Source of the DNA: Chrysomallon squamiferum
Taxonomy: Eukaryota > Animalia > Mollusca
DNA: 64,000 nt
Assembly: GCA_012295275.1 (NCBI GenBank)
Contig: CM022670.1
Coordinates: 25,172,001 to 25,236,000, forward strand
Reading direction: 5' to 3'
Positions 36,240 through 48,350 of this stretch are shown one piece after another (the stretch's first letter is position 1; every line of letters starts with the position of its first letter). The notes under the pieces are model-generated. The model had not been told where the DNA came from and did not search any database. It worked only from the letters and a program-made list of their open reading frames with translations. The translations under genes and the position numbers were made by a program.

Positions 36240-36361
36240 TGTACCTAAAATGCAGCGACAAGGAGTCACCTGGTGAGTGATGACACCCCCACCTCAGTGT
36301 GGCTAATACGGGAACTCATACTTGAAAATGAGCTACCGGGGGACTGTTCACCTTAGGTACA
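36240..36361. other. Conserved GC-rich structured element (copies at 44779-44900 and 55377-55498); possible ncRNA or mini-MITE
   Basis: Three copies differ by at most 1 nt; nested inverted repeats. Confidence 0.5.
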
Positions 36362-38349
36362 GAACAAAATAGCAGAAGTATGTGTATGCGTGCATAACAT
36401 TTTATTTGTAAATCTCTCTCTCTCTCTCTCTTTATATATATATATATTAAATACTGTATTAATATAGGATATATATATATATATATATATGTATGTATTT
36501 AATTCATATAATAAATAGTATTTAATTATTTTTATTATAAATGATAGGAAATGCATAAAAAGAAAATTATATATTCAATTTTGTATCTTGATAAAAAAAG
36601 AAATCTTTCTGAATGAAACACTCATCTACCTAAATTTCTTTCTTCACAAGTCATTATTATTATTATTATTATTATTATTCTTACTTATATTTTTATTATT
36701 GTTGTTATTATTATTACCATTATTATTATTATTGTTATTGTTATTACTATTATCATCATTTTTGTTTTAATTAGCTAATACTGTGTTCTTATTAACTTAG
36801 TCCTTTTATGTAAGATTAATTAAATTAGGTACGTTTGTTTTGCCCATAAAAAAATAATAACTCTCCTCTCATTTTATGTACACCTTGATTTGAATATGGT
36901 CAGTAAAAAAGATACGCTTCTCATAATGATATGTAATTATCTGAGTATTTCATAACTCCATAAAGAAAATGTGGTTACTATATCAAACTGGAAAGAAAAA
37001 ATGAGCTAGAAATACTTTTATTTTATGTTAAATAGGCAAAGAGTAGAATGGTTACCACTAAAAAGGTATTCGAGTCAAAACTACAGCGAGGAATTACAAA
37101 CTGTTAGACTTTATCTATAATTCTGTGATTTAAAACTTTCTCTGCTTGTAATATGACACGGGTGTCTGATTAAAATAACACGTACTTACAAATGTCTTTT
37201 CAATAAATGGCTGAGAACCGACTTTAACTGCAAGATTACGCTCGTGTAAAAATGTAAACAAGGTAGAATCAAATAAAAGTAAATCAGTAAATTTATTATT
37301 CATATTCATATTCATATTATTATTATTTAACAGAATATATGACGGAGTTTAAATTTGAAATGGTTACCAAATATGGTAAATGTAAACAAACATTATATTA
37401 TCGTTGTCATAAGATACTAATTACAAAATAAGACTTATTCAGATGGAAAGAGGAGCACTTTAACAACCTGCAGACGTTTACATCGAGTCCTGTTTAGGAG
37501 GTTTTTATGATATTTTTGTCTAAAATGAAAAACTGTTCAGAGATGATACATGCTTTGCAAGCACACGGCGCCATTTTGGTTTATATAACGGTAACAATAA
37601 ATTAGATTCTTTACAACTAGATAAGCATAGAAAGCAATGTTTATTTTTATTATTTGTTTATTTTCATTTATAAATTATTATTCATAATATCTAAGGTATA
37701 AATTTAAAGGTCGTACAATATTTGAAAATAAATACGAATGTAAAAAGCGTCGATTAACTTTGTTTCTGACGTCATCATTCACCCAGAACGAAATAGGACG
37801 TCAATAATTGATTGACGTCACAGATAAGACCCACACAGTTGCGGTTTGGGCAGAGCAGAGTATTTCACCCCGTGATTGTAGTTTGAAGAAGAGAATATTT
37901 CTGTAAGTTAAATATTTCTTTATAGAAGAAAAATATTAATTGAAAATTACTCGTTCTGAAACACTATTTACTATATTATAAGATTTAAATTCAAACTAAT
38001 ATTCTTCGAGAGACATATTTTCTCGAAACGCTTGGGTATCTGCACACTGACTTAGTATAGTAGAGGGAGAGGATGAGTATATACATGCGTATGTGGAATG
38101 AGGAGTGGGTATACACGTTTGTATGTGTAAGAATACGGGTATATGTTTCTGTTTTGTAGACTCAAAAGTTGGGAATATAGATGTGTTTGTGGAAAAGTGT
38201 GCATGTGCATGTGCATGGCTATGTGTGTTGTTGTTTGGGTATGCATGCGAATGTGAAAGGAGTGGGCAAATACGAGTGTAAATGTAAGAAAATGTGGCTA
38301 TATGTTTTGGAGTTTTCAGACAGAGAGAATGGGTGTATACATGTGTAAA

Positions 38350-41300
38350 TTTGTGGAAAAGACAGTGTGCATGTGTGATAGGGTGGGTAAGTAGGCTAAA
38401 ATTAAATATGTGGTAGGTATAGGAGTGGAAAAGATAGTGTGTATATGAGTCAAGGTGGGAAACTAGGCTAATGCTAATGATGTAGTGGGTATATGTCTGG
38501 GAAAGAGAGTGTCCATGTGAGTCAGGATGGTAAGATGTCAAAGATGTAGCTGGAATATGTGTGGCAAAGACAGTGTTATCGTGACCTAGTGTAGGTAAAT
38601 AGGCTAAATGAAGAACGTGTGCGTATATGTTTGGAAAAGACAGTGTGGTAGTGAGTTAGGTTGGGTAAGAATGCTAATGTTAAACATTTAGTAGGTATAT
38701 GTGTGGGAAAGACAGTGTGCACGTGACCTAGGGTTGATAAATATGCTAATGTTAAAATGTAGTGGGTATATGTGTGGAAAAGACAGTGTGCATTTGAGTT
38801 AGGGTGGGATAATGTTAAAGATGTAGTGGGTAAATGTGTGGGAACAGAGAGTGTGCATGTGAGTCAGGATGGTAAGTAGGCTAATGTCAATGATGTAGTT
38901 GGGATATGCGTGCAATAGACAGTCTCATTTGATTTAGGGTGGGTAACTAGGTAATGTTAAAGATGTAGCAGGAATATGTGTGGGAAACCCAGTGTTGACG
39001 AGACCTAGATATGTAAATAGGCTAATGTTAAAGAAGTAGTGGGTATATGTTTGGAAAAGACAGTGTGCATATAAGGTACGGTTGTAACTAGACTAATGAT
39101 AAATATGCATTAGGTATATGTGTGGGAAGGATAGTGTACATGTAACCTAAGGTGAGTAAAAACGATATGTTAAAGATGTAGTGGGTATATGTGTGGCAAA
39201 GACAGTGTGCTCGTCAGTTAGGGTGGGTAACTAGGCTAATGCTAAAGATGCAGTGTGTATATGTGTGGAAAAGACGATGTGGATGTGAATCAAGATGTGT
39301 AAGTAGGCTAATGTTAAATATATAATTGGTATATGTCAGCAAAAAACTGTGGGAATGTGACTTAGGGTGGCTAACTAGGGTAATGTTAAAGATGTATTGG
39401 GTAAATGTTTAAAAAAGACACTGTGTTTTAAAGAGTCAGGATGTGTAAGTAGGCTAATGTTAAATATATAATTGGTATATGTCAGCAAAAAACTGTGGGA
39501 ATGTGACTTAGGGTGGGTAACTAGGATAATGTTAAAGATGTACACGTAATATGTGTGGGAAGGACAGTGTGCACGTGAGTTAGGGTGGCTAACTAGGCTA
39601 ATGATAAAATGTAGTGTATATATGTGTGGGAAGGACAGTGTGCACGTGAGTTAGGGTGGCTAACTAGGCTAATGATAAAATGTAGTGTATATATGTGTGG
39701 GAAGGACAGTGTGCACGTGAGTTAGGGTGGCTAACTAGGCTAATGATAAAATGTAGTGTATATATGTGTGGGAAGGACAGTGTGCACGTGAGTTAGGGTG
39801 GCTAACTAGGCTAATGATAAAATGTAGTGTATATATGTGTGGGAAGGACAGTGTGCACGTGAGTTAGGGTGGCTAACTAGGCTAATGATAAAATGTAGGT
39901 ATATATGTGTGGGAAGGACAGTGTGCACGTGAGTTAGGGTGGCTAACTAGGCTAATGATAAAATGTAGTGTATATATGTGTGGGAAGGACAGTGTGCACG
40001 TGAGTTAGGGTGGCTAACTAGGCTAATGATAAAATGTAGGTATATATGTGTGGGAAGGACAGTGTGCACGTGAGTTAGGGTGGCTAACTAGGCTAATGAT
40101 AAAATGTAGTGTATATATGTGTGGGAAGGACAGTGTGCACGTGAGTTAGGGTGGCTAACTAGGCTAATGATAAAATGTAGGTATATATGTGTGGGAAGGA
40201 CAGTGTGCACGTGAGTTAGGGTGGCTAACTAGGCTAATGATAAAATGTAGGTATATATGTGTGGGAAGGACAGTGTGCATGTGACTTAGGGTGGCTAACT
40301 AGGGTAATGTTAAAGATGTATTGGGTAAATGTTTAGAAAAGAAACTGTGTTTTAAAGAGTCTGGACTGGTAAGTAGGCTATTGCTAAAGATGTATTGGGT
40401 AAATGTTTAGAAAAGACACTGTTCTTTAAAGAGTCAGGATTGGTAAGTAGGCTAATGTGAAAGATGTAATGGGTATATGTGTGGAAAAGACAGTCTGCAT
40501 ATGAGTTAGGGTGGGTAAGTAGGCTAATGATGAAGATATAGTAGGTACATATGGGGAAAAGAGAGTGTGTACGTGACATAAGGTGGATAAAAAGGCAAAT
40601 ATTAAAGATGTAGTAGGTATATGTGTGGGAAAGACAAGGTGCACTTGAGTTAGGATGGGCAACTAGACTAATGTTAAAGATGTAATGGTTATACATTTGG
40701 GAAAGAGAGTGTTCATATGAATTAGGGTGGTTAGGTAGGCTAATGTTAAAGATGTAATGGTTATATATTTGGGAAAGAGAGTGTTCATATGAGTTAGGGT
40801 GGGTTGGTAGACTAATGTTAAAGATGTAATGGTTATATATTTGGGAAAGACAGTGTTCATATGAGTTAGGGTGGGTTGGTAGACTAATGTTAAAGATGTA
40901 TTGGGTTATTTATTTGGAAAAGACAGTTTTCATATGAGTTAGTTGGGTTAAGTACGATAATCTTAAAGATATAGTTGGTTTATATTTGGGAAAGACAGTG
41001 TTCATATGAGTTAGGGTGGGTAAGTACGCTAATGTTAAAGATGTAGTGGGTGTTTGTGTGGAGAAGACAGTTTGCTTGTGAGTCAGGAGGGGTAAGTAGG
41101 CTAATGTTAAATGTATACTTGCTATATGTGAGCAAAAGACTGTGGGCATGTGAATTAGGGTGTGTAAGTAGGATAATGTTAAAGATGTAGTTGAAATACG
41201 CATGGGAAAGACAGTGTGCACATGACATAGGGCGGGTATATAGGCTAATGTTAAAGAAGTAGTGGGTTTATGTGTGAAATAGACAGTTCAACGTGAGTTA

Positions 41301-43750
41301 GGATGTGTTAGGACAATGTTAAAAGACGTATTGGGCAAATATTTGGAAAAGACAGTGTACATATGAGTTAATGTGGGTAACAAGGCTAATGATAGAAATG
41401 TAGTAGTATAAGTGTGGGTATATGTTAGGGTAAGTAAATAGGTTAACGTTAAAGAAGTAGTGGTTATATGTTTGGAATTGATAGTGTGTATATGGTATAG
41501 AGTGGGTAAGTAGGGTAATGTTAAAGATGTAGTGGGTATAGGTGTGTGTAAAAGAGCGTATTTGACATAAAGTTAGGTTGGGTAAATAGGCTGTTGTTAA
41601 AAGATGTAGTGGGGATATGTGTTGGAAATACAGTGTAATGTTCAGTTAGGATTGTGTGTAAAAGATGTAGGCTAATTTTAAAAAGATGTAGTGGGTTAAT
41701 GTTTGGAAAAGACAGTTTGCATAAAACAGTTACGTGACGTGGGTAAAAAGGCTAACGTTAAAGATGCTGTGGGTATATGTGTGGGAAAATACAGTCTCCA
41801 TATCAGTAATAGTGGATAAATGGGCTAATTTTAAAGATGTTTATGGGTTAATGTTTAGGAAAAGACAGTGTGCATGTGAGTCAGGATGGGAAAGTGGGCT
41901 AATGTTAAAGATGTAGTAGGTAAATGAGTGGAAATGACAGAGTGTGGACATGAGTTAAGGTGGGTAAGTATGTTCATGTTAAAGATGTAGTATGTGTATG
42001 TGTGGGAAAACAGTTTGCAAAGTCAGTTAGGGTTAGTAAGTAGGCTAGTGTTAAAGATGTAGTGGATATATGTGTGTGGGAATGACAATGAGCACGTGAG
42101 TTCAGTTCGAACTAGGCTAATGTTAAAGATGGGTATATGAGTAAATGACAGCTAATTTTAAAAAGATGTTCATGTTAAAAGATGCAGTAGGTTAATGTTG
42201 GGAAAACAGTTTGCAAAAGACAGTTAGTGGTAGGTCGACTAATGCTAAAGATGTTGTGGTATATGTGTGGGAATGACAATGTGTATGTGAGTTATTGTTA
42301 GTAAAAGGTGGATGTTAAAGGTTAATATATGTGGAAAAGATATAGTTTTGGGTATATAATTTTAACGTGTAGTAGGTGTAAATGACAATGTGTGGATGTT
42401 AGGGAAGGTTAGGCTAATGTTAAAGATGTGTGGTTATATGTTTGGGAAAGACAGTGTTCATATTAATTAGGATTAGTATGTAGGCTAATTTTAAAGATGT
42501 AACTTGGTGTATGTGAAAAAAAGACAGTGTAGATGTTAGTTAGGGAGGGTAAATAGGCTAATTTTAAAGATGTAGTGGATGTTTGTGTGGAAAAAAAGAG
42601 TTTGTGATTCAGGACAGGAAGGGGATAAACAGGATAATCTTTGGTGTGGATAGTCTTAAGGATGTTTATATATGTGTGGGAAAAGACAGTGTTCCTATGA
42701 CTTAGGGGCGGTTAAGTAGGCTAATGTTAAAGTATGTAGTGGGTGTATGTGTGGAAAAGACAATGTGGATGTAAGTTAGGGTTGTGTAACTAGGCTATTA
42801 TTACAGATGTAGTTTTTATATTTGTGGGAAAGACAGTGTGGATGTGAGTTAGTGTCAGGTAACTAGGCTAATGATAAAGATGTAGTAGGTATATGTGTGG
42901 GAAAAACAATGTCCATGTGAGTTCGGGTTGGTATGTAGGATAATGTTAAAGATATATTTGGTATATATATGGGAAAAACAGTGTATATGTGAGTTAGGAT
43001 TGGTAACTAGGATAATGTTGAAGATGTAGTAGGAATACGTGTGGGAAAGACAGTGTGCACGTGACCAAGTGCGAGTATATAGGGTAATTTTAAAGATGTA
43101 GTACGTTAAAGACAGTGTGCACGTGATTTATTGTTGGTAGGTAAGCTAATGTTAAAAGATGTGCATATGTTTGTTTGGAAAAGATAATTTGCTTGTGAGT
43201 CAGAAGGGGGTAAATGGGATTATGTTAAGTGTGTAGTTGGTTTATGTGTGCGAAAGACAGTGTGTATATGAGTTAGGGTGGGTAACTTGGCTACTGTTAA
43301 AGATGTAGTATGTATATGTGTGGGAAAGACAGTGTGTACTTGAGTTAGTGTGGGTAACTTGGCTACTGTTAAAGATGTAGTTGGTATGGGTGTGGGAAAG
43401 ACAGTGTGTAATTGAGTTAGTGTGGGTAACTAGGCGAATGTTAAATATCTAGTGTCTATAATGTGTGGTAAAAGACAGTTTCATTTGAGTTAGGGTGGAT
43501 AACTAGGTTACTGTTAAAGATCTAGTGTGAATATGTGTGGTAAAAGACAGTATTCATGTGAGTTAGGATTGGTTAATAGACTAATGTTAAATATGTAGTA
43601 GGTATATGTGTGGGAAAGACATTGTGCATGTGTTTAGGTTGGGTAAGTAGGCTAATGTTAAAGATGTAGTAGGTATTTGTGTGGGAAAGACAGTGTGCAT
43701 CTGAGTTAGGATGGGTAAGTAGGCTAATGTTACAGGTGTAATGGGTATGA
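38350..43750. repeat. 72-bp GT-rich satellite array, unit U2, including a homogeneous 70-71-bp block of ~10 copies at 39555-40270
   Basis: Same consensus as in U1; period measured 39555 to 39626 = 71 bp. Confidence 0.95.
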
Positions 43751-44606
43751 AGAGGGTTGGTTGTGATGTTTGTGGAGATGAGTTTTAAAATGTGATTAAT
43801 AGTACTGAAATAATGCAAGATCATTTTATTTTTATTTTAAAGAATTGTTTTTTGTTTTAAAGAATAATTATTTCTAACTCTTGGTAGATTTAAATTCAGC
43901 GTTTCGTGAAGAGTATGAATGTCGAGGAATAATTAGTCTGTAACCTTCCGTGACTCTGCCTTGACCTCAACTGTGTGTTGGAAGGTTCAAAATCGGATTT
44001 TTATTTCTTGAAATTGGCGTCTAGAATTATTTTATGAAACTTGGCATATATATTTATTATCTTTAAATATCCGATTTCTTTTATTTTGATGAACCGCATA
44101 AATCTGCGTCTAAATTATTTTAGTATTTTTTATGTTTAGGTCGACGCTTCTAAATCTATTTATTCACAGTATATGACACAAGAACTCTACTTATGGTTTA
44201 TGGCATTAAAGAAATATATTTCTGTGCATCATATTGAATTAACTGATTAAACAACATGCCTTTTTTTTTTTTTTCTCATAATTTAGGATTCAGATAATTT
44301 GATAAGTAATTTTTATGGTTCACTGAATAAATAAGTAAATTTATTTTTCATTTAATTTTCTGTCTTCTTTAATGAAATATGAAATTACAAGGTAAAGCAG
44401 AAATGCATAGTTATATACAGATGAATTAATGGTTGCGCGAGTGAAATGAAGGGAAAGGTGAAAGGAAAATATTAATTTTATAATTTCTTCTTATAAAGAA
44501 ATCAGAAATGTATATAAATCTTATTAAATAAATTAAATAAATAAATAAATAAACAAATAAATAAGAACGTATGTATGTAGTTAATAAATAAATAAAAAAA
44601 AAAAAA

Positions 44607-44648
<42 letters not shown>

Positions 44649-45103
44649 ATGTTTTTAAAAATATTTTCATATGATTTCTATGTGTCGTATACTTTGAAGA
44701 AAATTTTGATAGGTATCATTCCTCACCAAGTAATCTTTTAGAAAAATATTTCATAATTTAAAAGATGTAAGAATTTTTTGTACCTAAAATGCAGCGACAA
44801 GGAATCACCTGGTGAGTGATGACACCCCCACCTCAGTGTGGCTAATACGGGAACTCATACTTGAAAATGAGCTACCGGGGGACTGTTCACCTTAGGTACA
44901 GAACAAAACAGCAGAAGTATGTGAATATATATATATATATGTATGTATTAATATCATATGGGAAATAGTATTTAATTATTTTTATTATAATTGATAGGAA
45001 ATGCATAAAAAGAAAATTATATATTCAATTTTGTATCTTGATAAAAAAAAAAGAAATCCTTCTGAATGAAACACTCATCTACCTAAATTTCTTTCTTCAC
45101 AAG

Positions 45104-45136
<33 letters not shown>

Positions 45137-46109
45137 TAACTCATATTTTAATTATTGTTGTTATTATTATTACCATTATTATTGTTGTTATTACTATTAT
45201 CATCATTTTTTTTTAATTAGCTAATACTGTGTTCTTATTAACTTACTCCTTTTATGTAAGATTAATTAAATTAGGTACGTTTGTTTTCCAAAAAAACCCC
45301 ACAAAAAACTCTCCTCTCATTTTATGTACACGTTGATTTGAATATGATTAGGAAAAAAGATACGCTTCTCATAATGCTATGTAATTATCTGAGTATTTCA
45401 TAACTCCATAAAGAAAATGTGGTTACTGTATCGAACTGGAAAGAAAAAAAAGTTGCACATGAGCTAGAAATACTTTTATTTTATGTTAAATAGGCAAACT
45501 GTAGAATGGTTACCACAAAAAAGGTATTCGAGTGAAAGAGGAGCATTTTAACAATCTGCAGCCGTTTACATCGAGTCCTGTTTCGGAGGTTTTTATGATA
45601 TTTTTGTCTAAAATGAAAAACTGTTCATAGATGATACACGCTTTGCAAGCACACGGCGCCATTTTGATTTATATAAATATAACAATAAATTAGATCCTTT
45701 ACATCTAGATAAGCATAGAACCCAATGCTTATTTCTATTATTTGTTTATTTTCATTTATAAATCATTATTCATAATATCTTAGGTATAAATTTAAAGGTC
45801 ATAGAATTATTGAAAATAAATACGAATGTAAAAAGCGTCGATTAACTTTGTTTCTGACGTCATCCTTTCCCAGAACGAAATAAGACGTCAATAATTGATT
45901 GACGTCATTGATAACAAACACACAGTTTCGGTTTGGGCAGGGCAGAGTATTTCACCTCGTGATTGTAGTTAGAAGAAGAGAAAATATCTGTAAGTTAAAC
46001 ATTTCTTTATAGTCGAAAAATATAAACTGAAAATTACTGGATGTGTCACACTATTTACTGTATTATAAGATTTAAAATCAAAATAATATTCTTCGAGAGA
46101 CGTATTTTC

Positions 46110-47630
46110 ACGAAACGCTGTGTTTGTGTGTTATAGAGAGACGATGTGTTTATACACGCGTGTGTTGAACAGAGAGTGCATGTGCATGGCTATGTGTGTT
46201 GAAGTGTGTGTATGTATGCAAATGTGAAAGCAGGAGTGGCTATATAGGTGAGCATGTGTGAGAAAGTGTGGGTGTTTGCGTTTGTGTGTTTGAGAGAGAC
46301 GCTGGCTATATACATGCATGTGTAGAAGATAGTGTTCATGAGCAGTGATGGGAATATGAAAAAACGAATGGGTATTTACGTGTGTATGTCTAAGACAATG
46401 TGGGTATATTTGTATGTTTGAGAGAGAGGATGACTATATACATGCGTGTTTCGAAAATTGTGTGCACGTGCATGTCTACGTGTGTTGAAGTGTGGATATG
46501 CTTGCGAATGTGAAAGGAGGAGTGGGTATATACGTGTGAATGTGTGATAAAGTGTGCGTTTCTGTTTTTGTGGAATAGAGACTGAGGCTGAATATATATA
46601 TATATGTGTGTGTGTAAGATAGTGCTCATGTGAATGGGTATGTGTGTTGAAGTGAGGCATGCATGCGTATGTGAAAGAAGGAGCTGGTATATACTAGTGT
46701 ATATGTAAGAAAGTGGGCGTGCATGTGTTTGTGAGAGTGGATGAGTATATGCATGCGTGTGTCGAAGATAGTGTGCATGTGTATGGGTGTTGGTGTTGAA
46801 GTGTGAGTATGCATGGGAATATGAAAACAGGAATGGGTATATACGTGTGTATGTGTAAGAAATTGTGGGTATATGTGTGTATTAGAGAGAGAGGATGGCT
46901 ATATACATGCGTGTGTCGAAGATGGTTGGCATGTGCATGGCTATGTGTGTTGAAGTGTGGGTATGCATGCAATGTGAAAGTAGGAGTGGGTATATACGTC
47001 TGCCTGTGTAAGAAAGTGGGGATGTATATGTTTGTACGCTAGAGACAGAGGCTGGGTATATACATAAGTGTGTGGAAGAGAGCGTGCACCTGCATGGGTG
47101 GGTATGTGTGTTGAAGAGAGCGTGCACCTGCATGGGTGGGTATGTGTGTTGAAGAGAGTGTGCACCTGCATGGGTGGGTATGTGTGTTGAAGTGTGGGTA
47201 TGCTTGCGAATCCGATAGGAGGAGTGGATGTATACGTCTTCATGTTTGAGAAAGTGGGTATTTGTATTTTTTTATTTAAGAGTGAGGATGGGTATATTAT
47301 ACATGAGTGTGTGTAAGATAGTGTATATGGGTATGTGTGTTGAAGTGTGCGAATGTGGAAGGAGAAGTGGGTGTATAAGTGTGCATGTAGAAGAAATTAT
47401 GGATATATTATATTTTTGTGGGATAGAGATAGAGGCTGAATATATATATATGTGTGTGTGTGGAAGAGAGTGCTCATGTGAATGGGTATGTGTTTTGAAG
47501 TGAGGGTATGCACGCGAATGTGGAAGGAGGAGTGGATATGTTGATGTGCATTTGTAAGAAAGTGTGGGTATTTGTGTTTGTGTGTTGGAGAGAGAGTATT
47601 GCTATATACGTGTGTGAGTGTGTGCGAAGG
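46110..47630. repeat. Diverged ~153-bp GT-rich tandem repeat (also 50000-51110, 53100-54225, and 2-3 copies in U1 and U2)
   Basis: Recurring gagagagagg(a/c)tgg-tatatac anchor at ~150-155 bp spacing. Confidence 0.8.
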
Positions 47631-48350
47631 ATAGTGTGTATGTGAGTTAGGATAGGTATGTAGGTTAATGTGAAAGATGTAGTGTGTGTGTGAGTTAGGA
47701 TAGGTATGTAGGCTAATGTGAAAGATAGTGTGTATGTGAGTTAAGATAGGTATGTAGGTTAATGTGAAAGATGTAGTGTGTGTGTGAGTTAGGATAGGTA
47801 TGTAGGCTAATGTGAAAGATGTAGTGGGTATGTGAGTTAGGATAGGTATGTAGGCTAATGTGAAAGATAGTGTGTATGTGAGTTAAGATAGGTATGTAGG
47901 CTAATGTGAAAGATGTAGTGGGTATGTGAGTTAGGATAGGTATGTAGGCTAATGTGAAAGATGTAGTGGGTATGTGAGTTAGGATAGGTATGTAGGCTAA
48001 TGTGAAAGATGTAGTGGGTATGTGAGTTAAGATAGGTATGTAGGTTAATGTGAAAGATGTAGTGTGTATGTGAGTTAGGATAGGTATGTAGGTTAATGTG
48101 AAAGATAGTGTATGTGAGTTAGGATAGGTATGTAGGCTAATGTGAAAGATGTAGTGGGTATGTGAGTTAAGATAGGTATGTAGGCTAATGTGAAAGATAG
48201 TGTGTATGTGAGTTAAGATAGGTATGTAGGCTAATGTGAAAGATAGTGTGTATGTGAGTTAGGATAGGTATGTAGGTTAATGTGAAAGATAGTGTGCATC
48301 TGAGTTAGGATAGGTATGTAGGCTAATGTGAAAGATGTAGTGGGTATGTA
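47630..48350. repeat. 46/48-bp satellite (gtgagttaggataggtatgtaggctaatgtgaaagatgtagtgggtat), ~15 copies; ~7 copies at 51110-51460; 1 copy near 54235
   Basis: Period measured 47926 to 47974 = 48 bp; shortened relative of the 72-mer. Confidence 0.95.

Noticed and set aside
33091-41228. Minus-strand ORFs with a 24-aa repeat (MHTVFSTHIPTTSLTLAYLPTLTH) from the 72-bp monomer
   Set aside because: Frequent indels and stops, and the most recent amplification is 70-71 bp (frame-breaking); no signal peptide or flanking exons
31930-43750. Interstitial telomere
   Set aside because: TTAGGG occurs about once per monomer and never as tandem hexamers
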